From contig OZ024758.1 in the NCBI GenBank assembly GCA_964016885.1, positions 23,002,001-23,066,000 on the forward strand: a DNA stretch of 64,000 nt, written 5' to 3'. Numbering within the stretch: position 1 is the stretch's first letter; every line of letters begins with the position of its first letter. Below the pieces are notes generated by a model, which saw only the letters and a program-made list of their open reading frames with translations, was not told the origin of the DNA and made no database searches. A program made the translations under genes and the position numbers. This document shows, one piece after another, positions 1-17,261 of this stretch. Origin of the DNA: Eledone cirrhosa. Lineage: Eukaryota.

Positions 1-103
1 TTGGTCTCGAATCTTTGTTCTTTGGGGGTCGACTTATATTTTTATAAGGCACCCTAACAATGAAGTAGGATCGCTCGGTCACTGGTTAAAAGAAGTGCTT
101 CAA

Positions 104-145
<42 letters not shown>

Positions 146-150
<5 letters not shown>

Positions 151-379
151 AACAAGTAAGACCCCGACGGCTGAGCTCAAGCCGTTTCGACGGCTAATTC
201 TGGACTGAAGTCAGAATGCTTTGACGCATAGAGTTACGGCCCAGTCCAGAATTAGCCGTCGAAACGGCTTGAGCTCAGCCGTCGGGGTCTTACTTGTTCC
301 TATTACCCACTCTACTACCCTAAGTATTGAGTACTTTGGTGCGTTATGGTCCACCTGGTTCCTTACCACATTTCCTTCG

Positions 380-450
<71 letters not shown>

Positions 451-619
451 AAAAGAGTCAGGACTCCGACGGCTGAGTTCCGGCCGTTTCGACAGTCGAA
501 ATGGCCGGAGCTAAGCCGTCGGGGTCCTGACTCTTTTCCTATTACCCACTCTACTACCCTAAGTATTGAGTACTCGGGTGCGTTATGGTCCACCTGGTGT
601 CTCACCACACCCTCTTTGT

Positions 620-624
<5 letters not shown>
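146..624 (+). mobile_element. Two related fold-back elements (146-380 and 446-624) in (TA)n, each with the 3' half of a hammerhead and a shared tail
   Basis: Arms 146-208/242-303 and 446-493/495-543. Motif GAAA-cggct..agccg-TC. Shared tail tacccactctactaccctaagtattgagtact...ggtccacctggt. Confidence 0.65.
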
Positions 625-675
<51 letters not shown>

Positions 676-713
676 TTAAAAATAGACAAAAAATACATTA
701 AAACATTAAATAC

Positions 714-757
714 TGATTAACGAATGTTTCATCCATTTCTGGGTCTTTTCAAAATCA
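714..757 (-). ncRNA. Minimal type-I hammerhead ribozyme, U3-A8 core variant
   Basis: Reverse strand reads tgatt TTGAAAA gacccagaaatggat GAAA c attc g TT aatca; stem I tgatt/aatca. Confidence 0.6.
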
Positions 758-934
758 TATATCTAATATAGAAACTTCGAGTTTGTAGACAGATCTTTTT
801 GGAAAATTCTTTCAGAAGGGTTGATACATAGCCTTTTGTTTTGTTTATTATGATAAATTACTCTATTTTGAGCTATGTTTTACCTTTCCACCTATGGTTT
901 TTAACTTTTTATATTGTTTTTGTGAAAAACGATA

Positions 935-960
<26 letters not shown>

Positions 961-965
<5 letters not shown>

Positions 966-1139
966 ACAAATTTAATATAGAAATGGCTTCTACATGACTA
1001 GAACTGTTTCATTCGAATGAAATCATCAGGTCTTTCATGATGATTTCCTTTGAATGAAACAGTTCTAGTCATGTAGCCATTTCTATATTAAATTTGTTGT
1101 ATACTCTTACTTACTTTGGTTACCCCCGATTGGACCGGG
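961..1139 (+). mobile_element. Fold-back Penelope-like terminus with hammerhead-like cores on both arms (about 988-1033 minus, 1034-1078 plus) and a unique 3' tail
   Basis: Inverted arms about 961-1030 and 1036-1102. Core (C/A)TGATGA-tttc..gaat-GAAAcagttctagtc. Same family as 23780-24103. Confidence 0.65.
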
Positions 1140-1173
<34 letters not shown>

Positions 1174-3744
1174 GTGCACACAAACCATTCCGGGCGGTGG
1201 ATTGGCAGTATCGGTAGAGGGTCGGAAACCATGCTTCGACGCATAGAGTAACGGCCCTAGCCATTCTGAGTTCAAATCCTGCTGAGGTTGACTTTGCCTT
1301 TCATCCTTACAGGGTCGATAAAATAAAGTACCAGTAATGTACTGGGGTAATTGTTGGCCTTGTGCCCAAAGTAGAAACAATTATTTACATCGGTTATCCT
1401 TCTGGTGAAAAGAATGAATTGCACAACAGAATATTTGATGTTCCATTTAAAATAAACTAGTTTTATTGGACGCAAGACGTTTATTGGATGCAAGTATGGC
1501 TGTATAGCTGAGAAGTTTGATCCTAGTGCACAGTCCTCGGGCAATTACCTTCGACCTTATCTTTGGGTCAACCAATGTCTTGTGAGAGAAATTTGGTTTG
1601 ACTTTCAGCTTAATACCATCACCTCACATTTTTTACTTTTTTTTTGGAGAAAATTATCGGAGTCTACTCTGTTATAAGCATTCAAACCAGATCTCCGATG
1701 TGAGAAAAACTTAAACTCCTTTCCCCAACTAGTCTAAGGGGCCTTGAAGAAGAATATGGGTGCAGTCATTCTTCCTCGAACCTCTGAAATTCTTTCCTGC
1801 AACCGTTTAAGACAACCGTTTAGTCGCGTTGATCGCATCGGTCTTGAAGAAAGCCACAGGCACAGTATCTTACTCCAGACCAAACCAATTTCCTATGAAA
1901 TATTTTCAGGATCATCAATACCTGTTTAATAACATCACATATATCTGTTTAACACTACATATATCTAAACTAAAATAAAGTAAGAAGCGTGGGACTGCGT
2001 ACGGTTTATAATTTGTTATCCCCTTAGTAAAATAAGTTGGATTACTTTGAATAAATAATTGTTTCTACTTTAGGCACAAGGCCAGCAATTATCCCAGTGC
2101 ATTACTGGTACTTTATTTTATCGACCCCGTAAGGATGAAAGGCAAAGTTAACCTCGGTGAGATTTGAACTCAGATCATAAAGGGACGTAACTATGCTGGA
2201 ACGCATGGCGTCCGACCCTCTACTTTGAATAAATAATGAATGAATATTACATAATTTATCTACTAAATTTCGTGGCTGTTCATTAAATATATTTTATTAC
2301 TTATTTAAAGATTCACTTCTTTAACATTTTCAAATGTCAACACTTCCGGTTAGCGATCACTTAAATAAACATTCATATATTTGCGTCATTAATTTTCTCC
2401 TAATGCAGTATATATATAATATCGTATTTTTTAATGTATCATGGATTACGTTACTGATTTCATAAGAGAGTGTAACACAGTCTTCGTTCAATTTCTGTGT
2501 ATATTGTCAATTACGATTTTATTTGATGTATCATATCTACATGTATATATATATATATACTTGCGTATAATATCAATATACACACTACACATGCTAGCAG
2601 AAAATCACCCGAGGGTGGTTTTTCTGCTAGTCTGTTTAATAATATCACATATATCTGTTTAACACCACATATATCTGTTTAATAATAGCACATATATCTG
2701 TTTAATAACATCACATATATATGTTTATTAACACCACGTATATCTGTTTATTAACACCACATATATCTGTTTATTAACACCACGTATATCTGTTTATTAA
2801 CACCACGTAAATCTGTTTATTAACACCACATATATCTGTTTAATAATATCAAATATATCTGTTTAATAATATCATATATATCTGTTTAATAACACCACAT
2901 ATATCTGTTTAATAATATCACATATATCTGTTTAATAATATCATATATATCTGTTTAATAATTGTTTCTATTTTTGGCACAAGGCCAGCAATTTTCCCAG
3001 TGTATTACTGGTACTTTATTTTATCGACCCCGTAAGGATGAAAGGCAAAGTTAACCTCGGCGGGATTTGAACTCAGATCATAAAGGGCCGTAACTCTATG
3101 CTGCAAAGCTTGGCATCCGACCCTCTACCGATACTGCCAATCCACCATTACATATATCTGTTTAACATCACTTATATCTGTTTATTAACATCTGTTTATT
3201 AATACCACTTATATCTGTTTAATAACATCAGTTATATCTGTTTATTAATACCAATTATATCTGTTTAATAACATCAGTTATATATGTTTATTAATACCAA
3301 TTATATGTTTAATAACATCAGTTATATCTTTATTAATACCAATTATATCTGTTTAATAACATCAGTTATATCTGTTTATTAATACCAATTATGTATGTTT
3401 ATTAATACCAGTTGTATCTGTTTATTAATACCAATTATATCTGTTTAATAACATCAGTTATATCTGTTTCTTAATACCAGTTGTATCTGTTTAATAACAT
3501 CGGTTATATCTGTTTAATAACTGTTTCTACTTTAGGCACAAGGCCAGCAATTACCCAGTGCATTACTGGTACTTTATTTTATCGACCTCGTAAGGATGAA
3601 AGGCAAAGTCAACCTCGGCGGGATTTGAACTCAGATCGTAAAGGGACGTAACTATGCTGGAAAGCATGGCGTCCGACCCTCCACCGATACTGCCAATCCA
3701 CCGCGTTTAATAACATCAGTTATATATATCTGTTTACTAACCTT

Positions 3745-5700
3745 ACTTTTATCTATTTATCAACACCCCTTATATCTATTTAATAACCTGGCTTGTATCT
3801 ATTTATCAACACCACTTATATCTATTTAATAACCTGGCTTGTATCTATTTATCAACACCCCTTATATCTGTTTAATAACCTGGCTTGTATCTATTTATCA
3901 ACACCACTTATATCTATTTAATAACCTGGCTTGTATCTATTTATCAACACCACTTATATCTATTTAATAACCTGGCTTGTATCTATTTATCAACACCCCT
4001 TATATCTATTTAATAACCTGGCTTGTATCTATTTATCAACACCACTTATATCTATTTAATAACCTGGCTTGTATCTATTTATCAACACCACTTATATCTA
4101 TTTAATAACCTGGCTTGTATCTATTTATCAACACCCCTTATATCTATTTAATAACCTGGCTTGTATCTATTTATCAACACCCCTTATATCTATTTATATC
4201 TATTTAATAACCTGGCTTGTATCTATTTATCAACACCCCTTATATCTATTTATATCTATTTAATAACCTGGCTTGTATCTATTTATCAACACCCCTTATA
4301 TCTATTTATATCTATTTAATAACCTGGCTTGTATCTATTTATCAACACCCCTTATATCTATTTATATCTATTTAATAACCTGGCTTGTATCTATTTATCA
4401 ACACCCCTTATATCTATTTATATCTATTTAATAACCTGGCTTGTATCTATTTATCAACACCCCTTATATCTATTTATATCTATTTAATAACCTGGCTTGT
4501 ATCTATTTATCAACACCACTTATATCTATTTATATCTATTTAATAACCTGGCTTGTATCTATTTATCAACACCCCTTATATCTATTTATATCTATTTAAT
4601 AACCTGGCTTGTATCTATTTATCAACACCACTTATATCTATTTATATCTATTTAATAACCTGGCTTGTATCTATTTATCAACACCCCTTATATCTATTTA
4701 TATCTATTTAATAACCTGGCTTGTATCTATTTATCAACACCACTTATATCTATTTATATCTATTTAATAACCTGGCTTGTATCTATTTATCAACACCACT
4801 TATATCTATTTATATCTATTTAATAACCTGGCTTGTATCTATTTATCAACACCCCTTATATCTATTTAATAACCTGGCTTGTATCTATTTATCAACACCA
4901 CTTATATCTATTTAATAACCTGGCTTGTATCTATTTATCAACACCCCTTATATCTATTTAATAACCTGGCTTGTATCTATTTATCAACACCACTTATATC
5001 TATTTAATAACCTGGCTTGTATCTATTTATCAACACCCCTTATATCTATTTAATAACCTGGCTTGTATCTATTTATCAACACCACTTATATCTATTTAAT
5101 AACCTGGCTTGTATCTATTTATCAACACCACTTATATCTATTTAATAACCTGGCTTGTATCTATTTATCAACACCCCTTATATCTATTTAATAACCTGGC
5201 TTGTATCTATTTATCAACACCCCTTATATCTATTTAATAACCTGGCTTGTATCTATTTATCAACACCCCTTATATCTATTTAATAACCTGGCTTGTATCT
5301 ATTTATCAACACCCCTTATATCTATTTAATAACCTGGCTTGTATCTATTTATCAACACCACTTATATCTGTTTAATAACCTGGCTTGTATCTATTTATCA
5401 ACACCACTTATATCTATTTAATAACCTGGCTTGTATCTATTTATCAACACCCCTTATATCTATTTATATCTATTTAATAACCTGGCTTGTATCTATTTAT
5501 CAACACCACTTATATCTATTTAATAACCTGGCTTGTATCTATTTATCAACACCACTTATATCTATTTAATAACCTGGCTTGTATCTATTTATCAACACCA
5601 CTTATATCTATTTAATAACCTGGCTTGTATCTATTTATCAACACCCCTTATATCTATTTAATAACCTGGCTTGTATCTATTTATCAACACCACTTATATC
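3745..5700. repeat. Minisatellite with a 46-bp unit (56-bp variant); a degenerate ~23-bp related array lies at 2630-3520
   Basis: Unit gtatctatttatcaacaccmcttatatctatttaataacctggctt. Confidence 0.95.
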
Positions 5701-6756
5701 TGTTTCTATAAACCAATGTCTGCTTATATAAGACAACAGTAACAGCTGCTTATATAAGTCACCACTTCTAACATATGTTTATCAAGATCATCAGAATCCA
5801 GTGTCGATTAGAGAGTGTTAGAGTAAAGAAGGCGGCAGGTTGGCAGAGGTCTAATGTCTCTACCAATTCGCCGCCTCCAGAGAGATGGGGAGAGAAAGAA
5901 AGATGGAGGCGATGACAGTGGGAGTTCGGCTCTTCCACATTCGGACCATATCCTTGTGGTTGTGTTTATAGTCTATATAGAAAATGATTTATTTATGTGG
6001 CAGTATTTTCCTTTCTTTTAGCTAGAATGTCGTGCATATATGTTTACTCGAAACATAATCCAGTTCACTCAGCTGTAGAAATGAGTTGCGACGTCGCTGG
6101 TGCCAAGCTGTATCGGCCTTAGACTTTCCTTTGGACAACACCAGTGGCATGGAGAGGGGAGACTGGTATGTATGGACGACTGCTGGTCTTCCACAAATAT
6201 ACCTTGACCGAAGGGGGTCTTTACCTTTTTACCTTTACATTCAGATGACAAAAATACTATACCTAACATAATTGTTTCTACTATAGGCAACAAGGCCAGC
6301 AATTATTCCAGTGTATTACTGGTACTTTATTTTATCGACCCCGTAAGGATGAAAGGCAAAGTTAACCTCGGCGGGATTTGAACTCAGACCGTAAACGGGT
6401 TAATTTCCTTCATAACATTTACAACATACATATTAGGTAAAATACCGTTAACTCCTGATGGAGTCGCGGAGGTTCTGTTGTGATACAGGGCGTATCTTGG
6501 TGGTTTTAAATCTTGCGAGGCCCATTCCTCTCCAGGTCGGTCGAAACACACCGAATTTTTTTGAAAGAGAGATAAAGAGAATCGAACCTCGTCCTTGATT
6601 GGTACTTTATCAACCCTGAAAAGATTTAAAAAAGACACTACGCCAGTCCGGGTTAGATTTGAACTCAAAACACAGTGGACTAGAATAAACACCGAGCCAC
6701 TTTCAATGCGACGCTCCTAGCGATTCTTCCACTTCCCCCCGCCCCCGGAATACATA

Positions 6757-7043
6757 GTCTAAAGTCTGTCTTAAGCCAGAAGGCTCATTTGGCGGCCGGT
6801 GCTTATCCCAGTTTCATGGCGTGAAGCGACAGAGAGTACAAGACTGCTCCCTGGAGGACAGGCCGCTAGTCCATCGCAGGGTTAAACTCCCAGCTATTGC
6901 TGGTACTCATTTTCTGCTGAGTATACTGGAGCAACGTAAAATGAAGTGTTTTGTTCCAGAACACAACACGCCACCCAGCCCAGGAATCGAACTCACGACA
7001 TTATGATCGTAAGTCCAACACCCTCTAGGTCACGTGCCTCCAC
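6757..7043 (-). mobile_element. CORE-type tRNA SINE (second copy at 49135-49400)
   Basis: Reverse strand has a tRNA head (gtgagttcgattcc), a CORE-like tgtgttct(t)gagcaaaacactt segment and a shared tail. Confidence 0.75.
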
Positions 7044-7369
7044 AGAATACACAGTAAAAACGACAGAAAAACGACAATCAAACAAAGTTGAGTAATGACA
7101 GGCGTCACCATTGATAAAGAGAAAGAAAGAAGAACAAACATTACATAAGCTCCAATATTAGAACTGCGCTAACCTTACCTGAGCCATAGCTCTCTACAAT
7201 AAACCATTATACACAAACAACAAACAGAAAACAATGTATTATGCATCATAACAGGTTGTACACATCCCTCACCCATATGCCACCTACACAAAGAAACTGA
7301 AAGACCACCCGCACAGGTGAGTGGAGAGGGTGTGGGATTTGTTGTTACAGCACAACAGGCCTCACCAAG

Positions 7370-7815
7370 GGTTGTAACTCTATGCTGAAAAGCAATGGCG
7401 TCCGACCCTTATCTCCCGATACTGCCAATAATGATAATAATTGTTTCTATTTTTTGGCACAAGGCCAGCAATTATCCCAGTGTATTACTGGTACTTTATT
7501 TTATCCACCCCCCGTAAGGATGAAAGGCAAAGTTAACCTCTACGGGATTTGAACTCAGACCGTAAAGGACCGTAACTCTATGCTGCAAAGCATGGCGCCT
7601 GACTCTCTCCCGATGCTGCCAATAATGATAATAATTGTTTCTATTTTTGGCACAAGGCCAGCAATTATCCGAGTGTATTACTGGTACTTTATTTTATCCA
7701 CCCCCGTAAGGATGAAAGGCAAAGTTAACCTCTGCGGGATTTGAACTCAGACCGTAAAGGACCGTAACTCTATGCTGCAAAGCATGGCGCCCGACTCTCT
7801 CCCGATACTTCCAAT
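7370..7815 (-). mobile_element. Head-to-tail tandem of about 2.4 SINE copies
   Basis: Repeated unit ...tgccaataatgataataattgtttctat; shared variants (atccacccc) indicate local duplication. Confidence 0.85.
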
Positions 7816-7917
7816 AACAATAATATTGACAAACTGGTGTGAAGCGGTGCATGTTATGACTGACTTTTATTGTGTATGACAGTTGCAGGAGAAGCTAAAC
7901 GTGTTGACAAATGTGAC

Positions 7918-7941
7918 CATATATATATATATATATGTATG

Positions 7942-7974
<33 letters not shown>

Positions 7975-8066
7975 ATATATATATATATATATATATAAGT
8001 ATATATATATATATATATATAAGTATATATATAAGTATATATAAATATATATATAAGTATATATAA

Positions 8067-8097
<31 letters not shown>

Positions 8098-8156
8098 AGT
8101 ATATATATATATATGTATAAGTATATATATATAAGTATATAAGTATATATATATAA

Positions 8157-8225
<69 letters not shown>

Positions 8226-8318
8226 AGTATATATGTATATATATATAAGTATATATATATATATATAAGTATATATATATATATATTTATATACTTATAT
8301 ATATTTATATACTTATAT

Positions 8319-8350
<32 letters not shown>

Positions 8351-8364
8351 TTATATACTTATAT

Positions 8365-8460
<96 letters not shown>

Positions 8461-8481
8461 TTATATATATATATATATATA

Positions 8482-8518
<37 letters not shown>

Positions 8519-9250
8519 TTATATATATATATATATACACTTATATATATATATATATACTTATATATATATATATACTTATATATAAGTATATATATAT
8601 ATATATACGGGGTGGGGCTAGCAATTATATACAAAGCAACCACGTTTTTAATAACGAGTGATTTCTTTCGTTTTTCTTCTTGTTCATTTCTCTTTACTCA
8701 CCCTCTCACTTCTCTCTCTCTTTTTCTCTCTTTCTCTTTCTTTCTTTTTTCTCTCTCTCTTTCTCTCTCTCTTTTTATCTCTCTTTCTCTCTCTCTTTTT
8801 ATCTCTCTTTCTCTCTCTCTTTCTCTCTCTCTTTCTCTTTCTCTCTTCTCTTTTTATCTCTCTTTCTCTCTCTCTTTTTATCTCTCTTTTTATCTCTCTT
8901 TTTATCTCTCTTTCTCTCTCTCTTTCTCTCTCTCTTTTTATCTCTCTTTCTCTCTCTTTTTTATCTCTCATTTTCTCTCTCTCTCTTTTTCTCATTCTCT
9001 GTCTCTCATTTTCATCCTCTCTCTTTTTATCTCTTATTCTCTTTCTCTCTCTCTCATTTTCTCTTCTCTCTCTCTCATTTTCTCTCTCCCTTTCTCGCTC
9101 TCTATCTCTCTCTATCTTCCATTTCCCGCTCGTTATCTCCCCCCCCCCCTCTCTCTCTCTCTCTCATTCTATCTTTCCCGCCCTTTCTCTCTTTCTCACC
9201 TCCACTCCTACCTCCCCTTCTCTCACTCCCCGCCCATCTCTCTCTTTCCT
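7918..9250. repeat. (TA)n followed by (CT)n low-complexity sequence
   Basis: Direct reading. Confidence 0.95.
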
Positions 9251-9574
9251 ATTATCTCATTAAAAATACACTACTATCATCTTTCTCTTTATTTTAAATG
9301 CAATTAATTGTCCCCAATCTCTCCTCGGGTTTCTGTTTATTATTAGTCATTAATTTGATATGTTCACTCGTAAACAATTACAATAACAAAGATATTGACG
9401 AAAACAACAATGATAAAATTACAACATCAACAACAACAACAACACCAATAACCCGACTGTCTGCCATCATCTTTCCGTGGAGTTATTTCTTACCAAAATT
9501 GATACAAACAGGCTTAAGCACATGGGCCCATCTTCCTGCTAAAAAATGTTTTTACCTCCTTCAAGGCCCAAGTA

Positions 9575-11305
9575 AGGGGCCTCACAACTTAACTAGCACA
9601 GGCTCTCATAACATCTAGTACAGATCCTCATAACTTAACTAGCACAGGGCATCATAACTTAACTAGTACAGGACCTCATAACTTAACTAGAACAGGGCCT
9701 CATAACTTAACTAGTACAGGGCCTCAGAACTTAACTAACACAAGGGCTCATAACTTAACTAGCACAGGGCCTCATAACTTAACTAGCACATGGCCTCATA
9801 ACTTAACTAGAACAGGGGCTCATAACTTAACTAGTACAGAACCTCATAACTTAACTAGAACAGCGCCTCATAACTTAACTAACACAGGGCCTCATAACTT
9901 AACTAGTACAGAACCTCATAACTTAACTAGTACAGGACCTCATAACTTAACTAGAACAGGGCCTCATAACTTAACTAACACAGGGCCTCATAACTTAACT
10001 AGTACAAAACCTCATAACTTAACTAGTACAGGACCTCATAACTTAACTAGCACAGGGCCTCATAACTTAACTAACACAGGGCCTCATAACTTAACTAGTA
10101 CAGGGCCTCATAACTTAACTAGTACAGGGCCTCATAACTTAACTAGTACAGGACCTCATGACTTAACTAGTACAGGACCTCATAACTTAACTAACACAGG
10201 GCCTCATAACTTAACTAGAACAGGGCCTCATAACTTAACTAGTACAGGACCTCATAACTTAACTAGTACAGGGCCTCATAACTTAACTAGTAGAGGACCT
10301 CATAACTTAACTAGCACAGGGCCTCATAACTTAACTAGCACAGGGCCTCATAACTTAACTAGAACAGGGCCTCATAACTTAACTAGTACAGGACCTCATA
10401 ACTTAACTAGTACAGGACCTCATAACTTAACTAGAACAGGGCCTCATAACTTAACTAGTACAGGACCTCATAACTTAACTAGTACAGGACCTCATAACTT
10501 AACTAGAACAGGGCCTCATAACTTAACTAGCACAGGACCTCATAACTTAACTAGTACAGGGCCTCATAACTTAACTAGCACAGGGCCTCATAACTTAACT
10601 AGTACAGGACCTCATAACTTAACTAGAACAGGGCCTCATAACTTAACTAGAACAGGGCCTCATAACTTAACTAGCACAGGGCCTCATAACTTAACTAGAA
10701 CAGGGCCTCATAACTTAACTAGTACAGGACCTCATAACTTAACTAGAACAGGACCTGATAACTTAACTAGTACAGGACCTCATAACTTAACTAGTACAGG
10801 ACCTCATAACTTAACTAGAACAGGGCCTCATAACTTAACTAGTACATGACCTCATAACTTAACTAGTACAGGACCTCATAACTTAACTAACACAGGGCCT
10901 CATAACTTAACTAGTACAGGACCTCATAACTTAACTAGAACAGGGCCTCATAACTTAACTAGTACAGGACCTCATAACTTAACTAGTACAGGACCTCATA
11001 ACTTAACTAGTACAGGACCTCATAACTTAACTAGAACAGGGCCTCATAACTTAACTAGTACAGGACCTCATAACTTAACTAGAACAGGACCTCATAACTT
11101 AACTAGTACAGGACCTCATAACTTAACTAGTACAGGACCTCATAACTTAACTAACACAGGGCCTCATAACTTAACTAGAACAGGACCTCATAACTTAACT
11201 AACACAGGGCCTCATAACTTAAACAGTACAGAGCCTCATAACTTAACTAGAACAGGGCCTCATAACTTACCTAGCACAGGGCCTCATAATTAGCACAAGG
11301 CCTCA
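9575..11305. repeat. 24-bp minisatellite, about 70 copies
   Basis: Unit cataacttaactagHacaggRcct. Confidence 0.95.
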
Positions 11306-11658
11306 TTTGTCCGAAATCCGGCACTGTGAACAGGGCTAAAGCTTTAGGAACACCAGGCCTTCCTAGAAAGGGACAAGAACAATTCAGAGTTGTAAGCGGT
11401 AGAAACATTGTAAGTAACGTGTGGTTTGTAGACGTACAATACAGTATTCCACATTTCCTAATAAACAAATCCAACAAGGGATTTAATATCCCACGAGTTT
11501 GTCACAACCAGTTGGACTACCATTCGGCCATTACACGTGTATGAAACGTGGTAAACTAGGACATCAAACCAACATCCTTAAGCACCTAACAATAAACAAA
11601 GAAAAACTTTCAAACTACTTCCCAGGAGGTGTGGTTATAATCTATATATATATATATA

Positions 11659-12108
11659 TGTAACAAAGGGTACTAATGGTGGTTGTTAAATGATAAAACA
11701 AGAATGGCTAATTTACTTTATATATAAAAAGGTTTACTTCACTTCAGTCAAAAAGAACAATAAACAAGTTACCACGAATTGCGAAGGTTGACAATGTTAT
11801 TTTGTTGTTGGTTCATGAGGCTGGTGTAGTCTGAAACCAGGAGAGAGGGTACTGGTTTGTGGTTGACTGTAAACCTCAGCGGCCTGTAGTAGGTGGTGAA
11901 TCTTTACATAGCTTATCTATAGAGTACGGCACCGACCTCTCTCTCTCTGTGTTAGACGTGGGATCATACAGGCTTTATATACCTGTCGCTTTCTGTCTCC
12001 CACCTCGAGGGCATCGCCAATGCATGAACCTGTCCACGCCGAAAAGGATAGTGACCTAGAATTTGACTTTTAGGTGTCACCCATGGTTCAAGGCGTGGTC
12101 AGATTTCG

Positions 12109-12113
<5 letters not shown>
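11659..12113 (-). mobile_element. Probable solo LTR (about 455 bp)
   Basis: TGTA...TACA termini, internal TATATAAA on the minus strand at about 11975, sitting between (TA)n and (CA)n. Confidence 0.55.
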
Positions 12114-12188
<75 letters not shown>

Positions 12189-12193
12189 GTATA

Positions 12194-12710
12194 TATAAAT
12201 GAAATAACAGGAGGCTGGACTGGTGTAAATCCTTGAAAGGTTTATTATACTATGATCATTTCAATGACCGGGTTCCATATGAATCCGGTGATATCATCAG
12301 GTATTGGAATATAATAAAGGAATATGTAAAAAGCCATGGGTCCGAAAAATCAGAAACAGAGGGGACTCTGGCTGAGAAGCTAGTCGGCCGGCCGTCCCCT
12401 CTGTTTCTGATTTTTTCGGACCCATGGCTTTTTACATATTCCTTTATTATATTCCAATACCTGATGATATCACCGGATTCATATGGAACCCGGTCATTGA
12501 AATGATCATAGTATAATAAACCTTTCAAGGATTTACACCAGTCCAGCCTCCTGTTATTTCATTTATAATTAACTCCGTATTCGCACCACCAACTACACAA
12601 ACGAAGATGGGTGAACTGCACTGCGTTGAGTACTCTTCACAATATTACACCAAGATTGACCATACGGAATGACCAGTTCTATCCAGTGGTGAACCAACAA
12701 ACCTAAATAA

Positions 12711-12716
<6 letters not shown>
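12194..12716 (+). mobile_element. Young fold-back Penelope-like element with about 172-bp near-perfect inverted arms and a tail of about 150 bp
   Basis: Arms about 12194-12366 and 12395-12567, flanked by (CA)n and (TA)n. Explains the mirror ORFs 12233..12505(+) and 12256..12528(-). Confidence 0.75.
12457..12514 (+). ncRNA. Type-I hammerhead ribozyme (mirror copy at 12247-12304, minus strand)
   Basis: atac CTGATGA [stem II accgg-ttc/gaa-ccggt] GAAA tgatca TA gtat; palindromic stem III ATGATCAT. Confidence 0.8.
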
Positions 12717-12799
<83 letters not shown>

Positions 12800-12859
12800 T
12801 AAACTCAAACAGTCTTTTACAATTAAATAGCTCAAAGAAAGAGATATTTCTGAGCCGTG

Positions 12860-13035
12860 AAATACAAATTAATATAAATTAATATATGATAAACACTAAT
12901 ACAAGTATATAAGTGTTTGTATTGCAAATGGCCAAATTAGCTAGATTCAATCTAGCTAACTTGGTCATTTGCAATACAAACACTTATATAATTGTATTAG
13001 TGTTTATCATATATTAATTTATATTAATTTGTGTA
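12860..13035. repeat. Near-perfect palindrome with arms of about 85 bp between (TA)n tracts
   Basis: Centre gctagatt-c-aatctagc at about 12948. Confidence 0.8.
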
Positions 13036-13459
13036 TATATATATATATATATATAGAAGTAGTCCACAATAGTTAATTCACCATTTCGAGAATAGTTGTT
13101 TCACCTTATTCGGATCATGAACTCGGTTTAATATGAATAAGGTGAAAAAATTGTTCTCGGAAATCGTGAATTAACTGTTGTGCAACTACTACCAAACTCG
13201 TCGCATGGACTGAGTGCTCTGCTTTATTTATATATATATTTCAATCATATCTCATTTTGTTTGACCCGTTTAGCTTGTTCGCTTTTTGGGTTATGCTGGT
13301 TAATGGCTTCTCAACCATCGTCTCAGCGTATATGACCATTTTAACTTATGTTTATAGCTCTTGTATCATCTTCTTCTTCATATCCATGGAGCGCTTGTTT
13401 GCACAATATGGAAGTTGCGTTTCGCTAATTTCTACCCGCCGAAATGCGATTCTCGTTAA

Positions 13460-13643
<184 letters not shown>

Positions 13644-13657
13644 TTATATATATTATA

Positions 13658-13978
<321 letters not shown>

Positions 13979-13987
13979 ATATTTATA

Positions 13988-14077
<90 letters not shown>

Positions 14078-14101
14078 ATTTATATATATATTTATATATA
14101 T

Positions 14102-15880
<1,779 letters not shown>

Positions 15881-15926
15881 TATATATTTATATATATATT
15901 TATATATATATTTATATATATATATT

Positions 15927-15957
<31 letters not shown>

Positions 15958-16436
15958 TTATATATATATATTTATATATATATATTTATATATATATATT
16001 TATATATATATATTTATATATATATATTTATATATATATATTTATATATATATATTTATATATATATATTTATATATATATATTTATATATATATTTATA
16101 TATATATATTTTTATATATATTTTTATATATATTTTTATATATATTTTTATATATATATTTTTATATATATTTATATATATATATTTATATATATATATT
16201 TATATATATATTTATATATATATATTTTTATATATATTTTTATATATTTTTATATATATATTTTTATATATATTTATATATATATATTTATATATATATA
16301 TTTATATATATATTTATATATATATATATTTTTATATATATTTATATATATATATTTATATATATATTTTTTTATATATATATTTATATATATTTATATA
16401 TTTATATATATATATTTATATTTATATATATATATT

Positions 16437-16467
<31 letters not shown>

Positions 16468-16522
16468 TTATATATATAAAAAAGAACACAAGAGCGTCTA
16501 CAACATCAAAAGATTTTTATTG

Positions 16523-16569
16523 GCTAACAATGTTTCTTCTTACGTGTAACCGTAGGATTCGTCAGAGCT
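16523..16569 (-). ncRNA. Hammerhead ribozyme within a Penelope-like LTR fragment (about 16480-17085)
   Basis: Reverse strand reads gct CTGACGA atcctacg gttaca cgtaagaa GAAA c att g TT agc. Confidence 0.65.
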
Positions 16570-17125
16570 ATAAAAGGGGTTTGATTGGTGTTATGGACTC
16601 TACCAACCAAACACCCAAGAACAAAGAGTAAAGAGAGTAAAGAGCAAAAGTAGGGGACGATAAGTCTAATTTTGGTGCGGGAGGGGTGGGTGTGGGTCCT
16701 TGTTTACTAGCTGCGGTCATATTCATTCCCGGGAGTCGGGTGGTTAGCTGAACCATAGATGGGGTGGCGTCGATAGTATGGTGCAGAGGGTGCGCAGAGG
16801 CTACACAAACACAAAGGGCGTAGAATACATATATACATATAGCGGAGGAGACGGTACATGAGGTAATTAGAAATGGAAAAAGAGTAATAATAATAATCTA
16901 TAATTAATAGTGTATAATAAGGCATGGGGAAGATTGCACTATAATAAGGTATAAAAGTAAGAATAAGGTAAAATATAAAGGAGGATAAAAGTGGAAATAA
17001 TAAAGATAAAAAAATATATATAGAGAATATATAAGGAAATATAAGCGAATATTTGGAGGGGAAAACACAATGTAAAAAAACCGATTTTATATATATATTT
17101 ATATATATATATATATTTATATATA

Positions 17126-17260
<135 letters not shown>

Positions 17261-17261
17261 A

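Noticed and set aside
8612-9307. Leu/Ser/Phe-rich membrane-like ORFs
   Set aside because: (CT)n low-complexity sequence open in all three frames.
9575-11305. CRISPR-like regular repeats (also 40960-42700 and 59248-61476)
   Set aside because: No unique spacers, no cas genes, eukaryotic context; these are plain tandem arrays.
12233-12528. Two nearly identical 90-aa ORFs on opposite strands
   Set aside because: A consequence of the palindrome; the sequence is better explained as a hammerhead-bearing fold-back element.
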